Positions 13,601 to 26,400 of a DNA stretch of 64,000 nt are shown one piece after another; position 1 is the first letter of the stretch, and each line of letters begins with the position of its first letter. This DNA is from Haliotis rufescens (taxonomy: Eukaryota): assembly GCF_023055435.1 (NCBI RefSeq), contig NW_025964361.1, positions 30,938,001 to 31,002,000 of the forward strand. The letters are read 5' to 3'. A program made the position numbers and the translations under genes. A model generated the notes under the pieces. That model made no database searches. It saw only the letters and a program-made list of their open reading frames with translations, and was not told where the DNA came from.

Positions 13601-15045
13601 TCTAGTGAATGATATATTTTTTTGTTAATCCCTGGGACAAATTAATTTCTCCGGTATCTTCCGAAAAAGATAAACAAAAAATCCAATGTAATATGTTTAA
13701 TTTCTTTCAGAAATTTCAGCGGAAACTTGCTATGGTCGATCTTCATCAACTATATGCATTTTCGGCTGTTGTGAGGATGCTGTTTATATCTTTTGCTGTG
13801 TTTCAAACAAGTAAGTATAAGACGGTAAAGGGTTAACCAATGAGTGTTTATAGAATAACGTGCTCGAAACGCGTAATTAAGGATAATCTGGCACCAGGTG
13901 AAGGAATGGTGTAATTAATCTGAAAGTTTTGGTGTTCAGCATTCTTACATGAGGTATATTATTCGTCATTTGAAAAAATACAATACTACAGGGTAATTGC
14001 ACTGGTCAACATATTGTACATAATGACGTTATTTGCTACGTCATAAACAATGATGACGTCATGTCATATTATTCTCAGCAGTAAAGCAATGTAACGTCAA
14101 CGCGCTTCAACTGGGAAATCAGCACTGATACTCACAAATGTTGGAAATTGTTACACGCGATTGTTCTACCCTTATGAGTAATATTACGTGTCTGTTCCGC
14201 TACAACGTTCATTCGAGTGGGCCAGCGTATCCGTAAGTTTGGAATCCGGGGGGATTATTCAATCATCCATTCAAAGAATAAAAAGGAAGAATGCCAAGAA
14301 ACGTCACTGAGGGTTTCGTGCTAACGTGATCAGTCTGTGACGCTGTGAGCAATGGCTGACGTGTTGTCGTCCTTTTCTCATTAATGCAAGAAATGTAACC
14401 TCACGTCATACCGGAGAATGACTATACTACACTTCTGCAAACTTACGTAATGGAGACATCACGAGCATCAAGAGCAATTATTTGTATAATGCTAAGAAGA
14501 GTGTGTTTTTTATGAGATTTAGTATGAGAATAAGCATATGGTCGTGAATGAATTATAATTATGAGTGTCAACAATACAACTATGAACAACGCCTCACGTC
14601 ATCTGCGTACGACGACATCAACCAAGTCACCAAACCTGATCACCCCACCATAAGTTGCCTGGTCCAATTCTAACTCGGAATCCCCAAGATGGTATGGATA
14701 GAAGTACCAGTGTTAATGCTGCTGATACCCAGTTGACAGAGATGATATTTCTTCTTTGGCAAATTAGTGGAGCCAACAAACATTGTTGTTCTTTTTCTTT
14801 TCAGATGGGCAATAATAATCATCATCGGTGCAGCGTTCGTTACCATCGTTTTGCTCTGCACGTGTTTCCAGGCAGTTGCTAAAGCGGCCACATCTAAAAG
14901 CCGGACAGTGGGCGTGGAGAGGACCGCTTCTGAGACAACAATGCCGAGTGCTGCCACATCAGGTGCAACGTCAGCTGCCACGTCAGGTGCCATGTCAGGT
15001 GCAACGTCAGGTGCAACGTCAGCTACCACGCCAGCTGCCACTTGA
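10697..15045 (+). CDS. Three-exon small type-I membrane protein (signal peptide, Cys-containing ectodomain, TM, Ala/Thr/Ser/Gly tail), 146 codons, in-frame TGA at codon 32
   Basis: Exon 1: 10697-10742, MAVPIICTLLVCFIT, phase 1, G|GTAAGG. Exon 2: 14079-14232, cag| acceptor, |GTAAGT donor, phase 1 to 2. Exon 3: 14805-15045, pyrimidine tract + cag|, WAIIIIIGAAFVTIVLLCTCF. Phases are compatible. AATAAA at about 15218. Confidence 0.65.
11070..12895 (+). mobile_element. 5'-truncated RTE-X-like LINE (RT C-terminus, CCHC domain, 3' UTR)
   Basis: YKYLGV, LLYGAEVWG, FRCSSHGLLIETGRY...CNLC...EDEFHFLLVC, with a stop/disruption near 11260. The 3' limit is either AATAAA at about 12182 or AGGCCTGTGGTC...AATAAA at about 12862-12893. 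Confidence 0.85.
12230..12845. repeat. Degenerate (ATATG)n-like pentanucleotide low-complexity tract
   Basis: Pervasive ATATG/GTGAT/GTATG periodicity. Confidence 0.8.
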
Positions 15046-15835
15046 AGGATTGTCCTATATGCCAGGCTGCATCGCATAACGGATGTACTTCTGAAGAAAA
15101 CAATACATCTATCTTCTTGCTTTTATTTTATCCTAATTATATAATACAACACACGGGGTCGAAATTCTTTTATGCTATTTAATTGTGGTTTTGTGTTAAA
15201 GTATATTTCAAAGAATTAATAAAAGTAAAATAGCTTTCCCAACATCCAGCTTCCCTAACACTTGCCTTATAAACGGCTATGTTTGAAGCGGACGTCTGTC
15301 AAGCCTGATCACATCGCCTTCTTGTTTCATTCTAAACTGGTCTAAAAATGTTCAGAAAAACAAAATAAATTTTCGAAATATAACCTTATATAATTTGTAT
15401 ATTTGCCCTGATTGTGTTGTCATGAGTAATTACACAAGGTATATTAATAATGTTCGTGTGAAGAAATACATGTTACATACTGTGTGCACACGAATGAAGT
15501 ATATTAATAGTCAAAAGTTGGAATGTTTAAGTTCATACATCAACGACTTTATCTTTGAGAATTGTATACTTAGTAATTAACGAGAGTGTTAAGAATTTGC
15601 AATAAATCCTACCAGAATGAATTTTGATAAATATGATTTGAATCATTTATAGAATGTTCGTGTTATATATACTGAACAAAACAGGTTTCTGGGGTACATG
15701 TATATGTTTTTGTCGTGAATAGTTTCTTAAAATGTGTATTGTGATTCCTATTTTATCTTTCTCATCATATTCTGGTTGTTGAAAAAAGCACGTATATGTT
15801 AAACTTTACTTTCAATACCACTGTTGCCAATGATG

Positions 15836-15998
15836 AGTGATTGATTGTGGTTTTACGCCTCTTTTAGCAATATTCCAGCAATATCACGGCGGGGGACACC
15901 AGAAATGGGCTTCACACGTCGTACCCATGTCGGGAATCGAACCCGGGTCTTTGGCGTGACGGGCGAACGCTTTAACCACTAGGCTACCCGATCGCCCC
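15836..15998 (-). mobile_element. SINE family A, full length
   Basis: TSD TGCCAATGATGA. Confidence 0.92.
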
Positions 15999-16804
15999 TG
16001 CCAATGATGAATGCCACTGGACCACTGGTATTAACGGCCATGTTTCGAGCTATGTTGAGCAGCTCAAGTCCTGCAGAACACCAGATTCTAATACACCATA
16101 TTTTCGTTATAACTCCTGAGCTCTCGGTATGCCGCCATATCACTATCTGTCTGTGTCAAGGGGCAGCGCAATGTATAATGTGTCCGCCCCGGACTCAAAT
16201 ACACCCTATTTGTGTTGTAACACAATGGGCTCTCGGCATAGGACAATCCCCATGTTATTTTGTGTGAACGGGCAGCGAGATATGTAATGTGTTCTTCCTT
16301 CAGTGTACCTGATAAAACTGCACTCTGAAAGCATTACTGCCATACAACCGGATCCTCGGTGTAGGATCTGCCAGTGTCTGCCTGTGTCAAATTGGCTAAC
16401 CCCGTCCTTCTTAGCGCTGGTGTTAACTCTTTGAACTTGAATGATTTATTCTCCTAATAACGTTTCAGGTCTATCTCTGCTGGAGTGATAACTTGTAAAG
16501 GCTTAATATCTAAGCAAAACAAACATCGTATTTAATATGTTAAACAGAACAAACAGAACAACCTTTACTTTAGCACAGCTGTACCGAAATACATGCAAGA
16601 ATTGTTTCACGTCTTGCTCGTAAAAGAAAACTAAAGGACTGCACCTCAAGTCCTAGGGTTTGATAGATACACAGGAGCCGATCATTTAACATATGTTCTG
16701 TCACTTCTTCAAGACATATTTCTCTCTCCGAAACAACACCTAGAAAACCAACATTGAAGTCATAGATAAGCCAACTACAGATACATGGCGAGTCTATCGT
16801 CACC

Positions 16805-16972
16805 GGGGGCGGTCGGGTAACCCAGTGGTTAAAGCGTTCGCTCGTCACGCCGAAGACACGGGTTCGATTCCCGACAATGGGTACAATGAGCGAAGCCCAT
16901 TTCTGGTGTCCCCCGCCATGATATTGCTGGAATATTGTTAAAAGCGGCGTAAAACCATACTCACTCACTCAC
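16805..16972 (+). mobile_element. SINE family A, full length
   Basis: TSD CTATCGTCAC. Confidence 0.92.
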
Positions 16973-16984
16973 TATCGTCACTGC

Positions 16985-16986
16985 CG

Positions 16987-17073
<87 letters not shown>

Positions 17074-17487
17074 CTGCTTCTACTCGACCAGGCCTATGCC
17101 GATTTTATAGTGCTAGCTCACTAAGATGCCATTCCGTAGGCTAATATGGATACGATACCCCACTCAAGCACAGTGCATTGACTCTGAACTTGTTTTTATC
17201 CACTTTATTATCGAGCGCCAGGCAGGGTAACAACAAATAACCTCTATTAACGTCTTTTGTGACGATACCATCAGTGAAGCCTGACTCGCTCACATTTTTG
17301 TGAACATCTGGCATCATCACTATTTGATAGTGACTCACAAGCACATGCTTAGTCACAATCGTAAGCTACTTTTAAAAGATTCTGGTCTTGATTAAAACAA
17401 ATGTTTAGTCGCTTTTATTTCATATGATGGGACTGGGGATCGAACCACAGATCTTCCGCTCTCCAAGTAGACGGTCTATCCACTAGT
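16985..17487 (-). mobile_element. SINE family D, degenerate, with expanded (TG)n and an approximately 160-bp insert
   Basis: Aligns with 10153-10507; (TG)n at about 16991-17072. Confidence 0.75.
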
Positions 17488-17645
17488 AACGACAGGAATC
17501 ACCAGAGATGTCAACCAATCAATGCTATATTGTTTTAATGCCATCTGATCCACATTTTACATACGTTATCTTGTGGTATTGAAGTATATGCACATGTGCG
17601 TTTTACAACAGTTCTTCTTCTCAAAGTTTATACACATACACTTGT

Positions 17646-17915
17646 GACCCGTGAAGATCCGTGGCAGAATAGGTCTTCAGCAACCCATGGTTGCCATAAA
17701 AAGCGACTATGCTTGTGGTAAGAGGCGACTAACGGGATCAGGTGGTCAGGCTCGCTGACTTGGTTGATGCATGTCATCGTATCCCAATTGCGTGGATCGA
17801 TGTTCATGATGTCAATCACTGGATTGTCTGGACCAGACTCGATTATTTACAGACCGCCGTCATATAGCTGGAATATTGCTGAGTGCGGCGTTAAACAAAA
17901 AACAAACAAACAAAC
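17646..17915 (+). mobile_element. SINE family B, duplicated-hairpin subfamily
   Basis: GACCCGTGAAGATCC start; (CAAA)n tail. Confidence 0.9.
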
Positions 17916-18068
17916 ACTCTACACATTGTACGGATTCTATCCTAATTAAATTATTTAGGTTTCCCCATGTCTGAGGTGTACCGTATATAAGGAATAGTTT
18001 CATAATGAACATGAGCATTGACTTAGATCTTACATTATAAAATATCTGATCTATCGAACCTCACTACA

Positions 18069-18218
18069 CAGTGAAAAACCCTTTGTCCGGAAACCCCGCT
18101 AATCCGGAACACTCCAGAAAACTCGCTAGCAAGGAATCCCAAATAATCCGTAAACCTCGCTATCTGAAAACCCAGCTACTTCGGAAACCTTGCTAGCCAG
18201 GAAGTCTCCGTTTCACTG
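18069..18218. mobile_element. Short Tigger-like MITE
   Basis: CAGTGAAA...TTTCACTG(TA) ends with internal AAACCTCGCTA-like repeats. Confidence 0.55.
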
Positions 18219-19652
18219 TAAACTCTTCACGCAAACAGAGCGGCACCCTTAAAGGTTCGGATGCCACATGAAAAAAGCGATATGAAAAACACACGGCTGC
18301 CGCGTCACTGTCCCTGTAACTTCGAATGTCACTTATATGTAACCAGAAGCTGTGTCTACCCTATGTGGATGATTTCGGTTGTGTTAAAAAGTAAGGAAGT
18401 CATTATAGTTGTAAAGCTATGAAGCTTCAATGCCTTGTCATAATGTTACCAAACATTATGAAATGGCAAGGCCATACAAATAATGTTCTTGTCTGTAATG
18501 AAAACGAAAACAAATTTTGGAAGACTGAGTTTTCCAAAGTGACATTTTGATTGCAGTGAAAACAGCACTGGATATTTCACAGCAGTGACCATAACACTTT
18601 GACGGAACTATTATCATTCAAGAGCCAACTCCCCGCAAATTGTCTCCCTTTATCGTAAGTGTCAGCCCCATACACAAACTGATGACATCCGTTTTACGTT
18701 AGTTCCACATTGACAAGGCAAAAAATTAACAGATGTTCATTTATGGAGTTAATATCGCTTCTTGCCGTTTTGTTATTCTGTTGAACATTTTTCGTTACAT
18801 AATTATAAACTGTAAATTTCTCATTTACCTCGTCAATCCAGACTATTCGTTTCGAAAGGCGCCATTTATGTTACTTGACCAGCCTGTATTCCTTCGCTTC
18901 CAACAGCTTTCTCGTAGCTTTCAAGATTATTTTGTTTATAATCATATCCAAATGTATAATAAGAAATTGAGTGACCTCAAATATTTTGGATTACTGTTGT
19001 TTATATTTTGTAAGATTTTGCAAACTCGGAACTACTTCTTAAGTCGCAATTACAAGGGGTGGTAAAAAGGTCCGTACGTGTTAGCAAGAGAAAATTTACG
19101 TTTTAATGTTTAACATTTGTAATGAATTACTTTTACGGTACTTTAACGATATGTCAACTACACAAAAAGTATATAATAAATAGGATAATTTATGTGTCTC
19201 GTGACAATATCTCCTTTCCCCCGTCACTCGATGAGAGAAATATGATATTTTACTTGACACATGAAATATCCGCTATTCCCGTGGCCCTTAAAAGTGAAAT
19301 TTAAACAAAAGCAAAACGGTGGATAAGGTCAATGACGTAATATATACATTATGATGGAAAGAGAAATAAAAGAACAGTTACGTATTTTGTTATGATTACG
19401 TCGATTTTATTCATTTTGAATCACTTATCAATGCCAATACATGGAACTATTTGACAAGTGACAAGATCATATATACTGTTCATTTTAAGCATTGACTTGA
19501 GCTGTGTTACTTTTTATGTCACACATATAGAACAGATAACTTGCACAGTAATCACAAATAAAATTTGACAACTGATTCTGGGAACAAAATAAGTGTCACC
19601 GACGTCAATTTCCGTACTGTGTCATGCAGAGTCCTTTGTTCCGACTTCAATG

Positions 19653-20153
19653 TTATTTGCCCACTATGTCAGGTGAAGATCCGAACTCCAACTCACACAG
19701 GAAAAACTCGTTTTCATCACATTCATTGTCGTCCCACCGGAAGTCGCCCTTCTTGTACAACATCAGACACCACTGGCTGCCGCCGTCGTTATTAGGGTCT
19801 TCAGGGGCCCAGAAGGTACTGGCGATTCGGGTATTTTGAAATCCCCACTGCCACTCTTTCTCCGTCAGGTACGTCAACCCACCGATCCAGACACCATCAG
19901 TCGTTATAGTAGAGTCTTCTCTTTTGAGATAACCTTCCACAAAGGTTTGTTCGGAATCCGTCTCCACGTAGGCCAGGTGGGAGCCTATAGCCTGACAGTA
20001 CACGGCCGCCTCGGCCCACGAGGCTTGGACACGGATGAGGCTGTAGCAGGAGTCATCATGGTGCAGGAAGCCGTTTGGGCAGTCACAGGAAACCACGTTC
20101 ATAACTGCCAGCACGACAATAATACTCACTGATGAGTTAAACATTTTCAGCAT
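19653..20153 (-). CDS. Secreted C-type lectin (perlucin-like), intronless; DPN/WDD motifs
   Basis: Signal peptide, CPNGF...SCY, WAEA...C, WIG, C...WDD.EC...FLCE; ends IVGK. Start taken at MLKMF (the ATG at 20144 is an alternative). Confidence 0.93.
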   Translation of the reverse strand: MLKMFNSSVSIIVVLAVMNVVSCDCPNGFLHHDDSCYSLIRVQASWAEAAVYCQAIGSHLAYVETDSEQTFVEGYLKREDSTITTDGVWIGGLTYLTEKEWQWGFQNTRIASTFWAPEDPNNDGGSQWCLMLYKKGDFRWDDNECDENEFFLCELEFGSSPDIVGK

Positions 20154-20842
20154 ATTGTAGAAACATACACCTTTCAACGTGTATCGAATCCGTGAATCGT
20201 CGTTATCTTTTATTTGACCTATTAAACACAACGCATACCCCTGCAATGAAGCAAAAGGCTGCCTGTAAAAAATACAGATTTGATATTGATTACACCACCG
20301 TGATTCATGACAGGTAACTCCCTGTGTTCTGTGTCAGTCAGAATAAAGTATGGGAACAGCCAAACCCCATGGACAAAAGTTGTTTTTTTTCCGTATACAT
20401 ATAAAAATAAGGCCCCAAGTGAGAGTTCTGGTATGATTACAGGTATAACATAATTATGTTATATTATTTAGTTTGATGAAATCGATAAAGGCTTGGGGAT
20501 TTTCATTCTGACTTATATCGCCATCATTGAGGGTCATATTACCTAATTATTACCTACGAGGGCAAACATATTGGGGTTCGTAAATATCATATCTAGGGTG
20601 ATATCACGTCAGGAGACAACAGTGTATTATTTCCGTCATCCGGACGACATTGTTTACGTCATTCGAATCTTATTGTGACGTAAGGTCGGAATGACGTCAC
20701 ATTAGAAACGACGTCATAGCTGAAGATTGTTGACGTCATTCGATAAATTGTAGTTCCGCTGCTGTTGCGGCTTACTGTCCTTACAGGTAAACACTAAAAT
20801 TCGTCTCTATATGTACACATCTTCTTCGGTAATAAATAGAAC

Positions 20843-20950
20843 ATTATATTCGAGTTCATGTCATACTATGTTTACCCAACTCGTGTGCCTAAATTCCGGA
20901 ATTTAGACACTCTTGTTGTTAACATAGTATGGCATGAACACTCATATAAT
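20843..20950. repeat. Imperfect palindrome of about 108 bp, probably the end of a non-autonomous DNA element
   Basis: ATTATAT..GTTCATGTCATACTATGTT...CTAAATTCC|GGAATTTAG...AACATAGTATGGCATGAAC..ATATAAT. Confidence 0.75.
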
Positions 20951-22076
20951 ATCCTTAATATATCAGCATAGTATCGTTGGTGCCGAGGATATAATCCATG
21001 TGAATGCACGCTGAGCTGTATAATAGAGTATTAGGGTGCACTATGTAAGACTAATGCAGCTTGCTTCACACTGGCTATATTTGGTTGTTCAACGTAAAAT
21101 TTACCTATTTACAATACGACGATGTGTCCTTACGCAGTGTGTCATCATCAGTAGGTGAGTTTTGTTCAACCCTGCTTTGAACAGTATTCCTATTATATTA
21201 AGGCGTGTCAGCTTGATGTGGAAGGCAAACCCCAAGTGATGTGTGCAGGTTTTAGACGTTTTACTTTCAAACCTAGAAACAATCAAGGCAAATCCCATAT
21301 CATTTGTTCTGGCACAGCGAATCACGGCACCTCAGCCAACTTGACTACCGCGTGTCGTCATGCAATTCACATGCTTTTTTAAGACAACCATTGGTGTCGT
21401 GTTGACTTTGTTGTAATCTCGACTCAAAATGGCCGCCGGTGCGTAATATGTAATACACGTGCTACAAGTTATCTAGGAATGAGTAAAGCTTCACAGTCTG
21501 TCTTGTTTACGCCATTGCAATTTTAAATCAAGCATCACAGGGATAAGGACTGCATATTGCGTATGATTTATTGTTAATGTCACCTTAAAAAGAACGTTGA
21601 GAAATTCAACAAGACTGCGTGGAACAAAAGTCTCGTCTTATCATTACGGCTACGTGAGTGTATATAACAATATTATATACAGAGTAATATGATATGATCT
21701 GTTGTTTCTTTGTCACATTTTTCAAAAGCAAATATTTTCAAAAACAATAGTTGAAATAATTACCGTCGGAAACATATATTCATCAGAAACATACAATAAT
21801 ATCATATACCATGTCCTTTTGTAAGCATTGGCGAAGTCTGCGGATATTCAAATGATCAGATGCTATTTATGTTACAAACATGCATTTGCATGATCAGAGT
21901 AAGTGCTCCAATCAATTCATCGGTCAGTTAATATGTATTGTAAGACACATATTTAACAGGCAAAACACACATTAAGATTAGTAAAGCATTGTTTCTAGGG
22001 ACACAATAACTGTTGTCCACAAAGCCAAACTTTCTTCTAATGTTCTCGTGGAGTCTCCATTGTTCCGACTTGAATG

Positions 22077-22568
22077 TTATTTCCCAACTATTTGGGGGGT
22101 AGATCCGAGTTCGAATTCACATAAGAAAAACTCCGTGTCTTGACATTCATTGTCGTCCCACAGGTACGATCCTTTCTTGTACATGAGACAAAGCTGGGCA
22201 CCGTGATCATTATTCGGTTCCCCGGGAAGCCACCAGGTACTGGCGGTTCGGGTATTTTCAAATCCCCACTGCCACTCGTTCTGTACCAGGTACGTCAAAC
22301 CACCGACCCAGACACCATCAGTTCTTATAGTAGAGTCTTCTCTTTTGAGATAACCTTCCACAAAGTTGTGTTCCGAAGCCGTCTGGACGTAGGCTAAATG
22401 GGCGCTTATCGCCTGACAGTACACGGCCGCTTCCGCCCACGAGGCCTTGACACGGATGAGGCTGTAGCAGGAGTCGTCGTGGTGTAGGAAGCCGCTGGGA
22501 CAGGACTGACACCAAACCACACCCGTGACTGCTGTCAGGATTAGGGTCACACCAGATAGCTTCAACAT
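22077..22568 (-). CDS. Secreted C-type lectin (perlucin-like), intronless; EPN/WDD motifs
   Basis: MLKLSGVTLILTAVTGVVWCQSCPSGF...; full lectin Cys pattern; ends IVGK. Confidence 0.93.
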   Translation of the reverse strand: MLKLSGVTLILTAVTGVVWCQSCPSGFLHHDDSCYSLIRVKASWAEAAVYCQAISAHLAYVQTASEHNFVEGYLKREDSTIRTDGVWVGGLTYLVQNEWQWGFENTRTASTWWLPGEPNNDHGAQLCLMYKKGSYLWDDNECQDTEFFLCEFELGSTPQIVGK

Positions 22569-23440
22569 CGTGTTTTTGAAACGACAATTGTAATTTTGTA
22601 ATTGTTCAATGTTTGTCACTGCTCACGGCTTTATCTGATATGCATATCTAGAGTACAGTAGAAGTATAGCGACTCATTGAACATTGCACCAAATGTCTGC
22701 TATCCTACGTTGACCGAATATATTCATGTCCCCGCTTGATTAGATCTCATCTTTGCGAGCTCAATATAAAAACTCTCCACGAATAATATGACCAGTGACA
22801 AGACATAAGTTTGTAATTTGAGTTGCCTTGATATGATAGATGGAGATACGCATGTTAGTATGTACTTGGCGTTAAACTAACTTTGTGAACGTTCCAGGAT
22901 TTTTTTGCCCTTGAATGGAAACAAAACCCCATTTATCTATATGTCTAGATGTCTTTGATCGTTGATCATACACTTGGCAAAATGTTCCCCCTGTATGTAC
23001 AGTGAAATGAAAGTCAACATTGATTTACATGACCTGATGTAAATATTGTTCCAACTCGCAATATTGGAACTTTAAGGTGATCCATGTCGATGTGTCCATA
23101 CTACTCTAAGTATGCTTGACGCGTGAATGTCATCATAAAGTGCACATACTTTTGCTTCGTTAAAAAAGACCCAAAATATCGAATTATATTATTACTTTTC
23201 ACGAAAAGGCCTCCAATAGCATTATTCCTACTTATAGCGTATCATACTTCTGTCGTGTCATATATTCTCTGTTGTGTCTCAGATTGTTGTAGTGTGTCAT
23301 AGTGTCGAGATGTCTCACGGTGATGCGATGTCTCACTCACCTTACCTGTACGCACAGACACTCTCAAACTCTGAAATTTCGACTGATATACTAAAACGTT
23401 AGGAGTGCCAGGAACGGATATGCATACAGGAGTTTATCTC

Positions 23441-26400
23441 AGATTGTTGTGGCGTGTAAGATCGGGGTAGATTGTTGTGGCGTGTAAGATCGGGGTAGAT
23501 TGTTGTGGCGTGTAAGATCGGTGTAGATTGCTGTGGCGTGTAAGATCGGTGTAGATTGTTGTGTCGTGTAAGATCGGTGTAGATTGTTGTGGCGTGTAAG
23601 ATCGGTGTAGATTGTTGTGGCGTGTAAGATCGGTGTAGATTGTTGTGGCGTGTAAGATCGGTGTAGATTGCTGTGGCGTGTAAGATCGGTGTAGATTGTT
23701 GTGGCGTGTAAGATCGGGGTAGATTGCTGTGGCGTGTAAGATCGGTGTAGATTGTTGTGGCGTGTAAGATCGGGGTAGATTGCTGTGGCGTGTAAGATCG
23801 GGGTAGATTGTTGTGGCGTGTAAGATCGGGGTAGATTGTTGTGGCGTGTAAGATCGGGGTAGATTGTTGTGGCGTGTAAGATCGGTGTAGATTGTTGTGG
23901 CGTGTAAGATCGGGGTAGATTGTTGTGGCGTGTAAGATCGGTGTAGATTGTTGTGGCGTGTAAGATCGGTGTAGATTGTTGTGGCGTGTAAGATCGGTGT
24001 AGATTGTTGTGGCGTGTAAGATCGGTGTAGATTGCTGTGGCGTGTAAGATCGGTGTAGATTGCTGTGGCGTGTAAGATCGGTGTAGATTGTTGTGGCGTG
24101 TAAGATCGGTGTAGATTGCTGTGGCGTGTAAGATCGGTGTAGATTGCTGTGGCGTGTAAGATCGGTGTAGATTGTTGTGGCGTGTAAGATCGGTGTAGAT
24201 TGCTGTGGCGTGTAAGATCGGTGTAGATTGTTGTGGCGTGTAAGATCGGTGTAGATTGCTGTGGCGTGTAAGATCGGTGTAGATTGCTGTGGCGTGTAAG
24301 ATCGGTGTAGATTGTTGTGGCGTGTAAGATCGGTGTAGATTGTTGTGGCGTGTAAGATCGGTGTAGATTGTTGTGGCGTGTAAGATCGGTGTAGATTGTT
24401 GTGGCGTGTAAGATCGGTGTAGATTGTTGTGGCGTGTAAGATCGGTGTAGATTGTTATGGCGTGTAAGATCGGGGTAGATTGTTGTGGCGTGTAAGATCG
24501 GTGTAGATTGCTGTGCGTGTAAGATCGGTGTAGATTGCTGTGGCGTGTAAGATCGGTGTAGATTGTTGTGGCGTGTAAGATCGGTGTAGATTGCTGTGGC
24601 GTGTAAGATCGGTGTAGATTGCTGTGGCGTGTAAGATCGGTGTAGATTGTTGTGGCGTGTAAGATCGGGGTAGATTGTTGTGGCATGTAAGATCGGTATA
24701 GATTGTTGTGGCGTGTAAGATCGGTGTAGATTGTTGTGGCGTGTAAGATCGGGGTAGATTGTTGTGGCGTGTAAGATCGGGGTAGATTGTTATGGCGTGT
24801 AAGATCGGGGTAGATTGTTGTGGCGTGTAAGATCGGTGTAGATTGTTGTGGCGTGTAAGATCGGTGTAGATTGTTGTGGCGTGTAAGATCGGTGTAGATT
24901 GTTGTGGCGTGTAAGATCGGTGTAGATTGCTGTGGCGTGTAAGATCGGTGTAGATTGTTGTGGCGTGTAAGATCGGTGTAGATTGTTGTGGCGTGTAAGA
25001 TCGGTGTAGATTGTTGTGGCGTGTAAGATCGGTGTAGATTGTTGTGGCGTGTAAGATCGGTGGAGATTGTTGTGGCGTGTAAGATCGGTGTAGATTGTTG
25101 TGGCGTGTAAGATCGGTGTAGATTGTTGTGGCGTGTAAGATCGGGGTAGATTGTTGTGGCGTGTAAGATCGGGGTAGATTGTTGTGGCGTGTAAGATCGG
25201 TGTAGATTGTTGTGGCGTGTAAGATCGGTGGAGATTGTTGTGGCGTGTAAGATCGGGGTAGATTGTTGTGGCGTGTAAGATCGGGGTAGATTGTTGTGGC
25301 GTGTAAGATCGGTGTAGATTGTTGTGGCGTGTAAGATCGGTGTAGAGTGTTGTGGCGTGTAAGATCGGGGTAGATTGTTGTGGCGTGTAAGATCGGTGTA
25401 GATTGTTGTGGCGTGTAAGATCGGTGTAGATTGTTGTGGCGTGTAAGATCGGTGTAGATTGTTATGGCGTGTAAGATCGGTGTAGATTGTTGTGGCGTGT
25501 AAGATCGGTGTAGATTGTTGTGGCGTGTAAGATCGGTGTAGATTGTTGTGGCGTGTAAGATCGGGGTAGATTGTTGTGGCTCGTAAGATCGGTGTAGATT
25601 GTTGTGGCGTGTAAGATCGGTGGAGATTGTTGTGGCGTGTAAGATCGGTGTAGATTGTTGTGGCGTGTAAGATCGGGGTAGATTGTTGTGGCGTGTAAGA
25701 TCGGGGTAGATTGTTGTGGCGTGTAAGATCGGTGTAGATTGTTGTGGCGTGTAAGATCGGTGTAGATTGTTGTGGCGTGTAAGATCGGTGTAGATTGTTG
25801 TGGCGTGTAAGATCGGTGTAGATTGTTATGGCGTGTAAGATCGGTGTAGATTGTTGTGGCATGTAAGATCGGGGTAGATTGTTGTGGCGTGTAAGATCGG
25901 TGTAGATTGTTATGGCATGTAAGATCGGTGTAGATTGTTGTGGCGTGTAAGATCGGGGTAGATTGTTGTGGCATGTAAGATCGGTGTAGATTGTTGTGGC
26001 GTGTAAGATCGGGGTAGATTGTTGTGGCATGTAAGATCGGTGTAGATTGTTGTGGCGTGTAAGATCGGTGTAGATTGTTATGGCGTGTAAGATCGGGGTA
26101 GATTGTTGTGGCGTGTAAGATCGGTGTAGATTGTTGTGGCGTGTAAGATCGGTGTAGATTGTTGTGGCGTGTAAGATGGGTGTAGATTGTTGTGGCGTGT
26201 AAGATCGGGGTAGATTGTTGTGGCGTGTAAGATCGGTGTAGATTGTTATGGCGTGTAAGATCGGGGTAGATTGTTGTGGCGTGTAAGATCGGGGTAGATT
26301 GTTGTGGCGTGTAAGATCGGTGTAGATTGCTGTGGCGTGTAAGATCGGTGTAGATTGTTGTGGCGTGTAAGATCGGTGTAGATTGTTGTGGCGTGTAAGA

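Noticed and set aside
13040-13836. piggyBac-like end (AAAGGG|TTAA); a similar end lies at about 54800
   Set aside because: No matching opposite TIR found, so no element could be delimited.
15275-15318. SECIS-like hairpin (GGCTATGT-TTGAA...CTGAT-CACATCGCC) downstream of the TGA-containing gene
   Set aside because: Helix II is too short, the core starts with U rather than A/G, there are no properly placed apical AA, and it lies beyond the AATAAA at about 15218.
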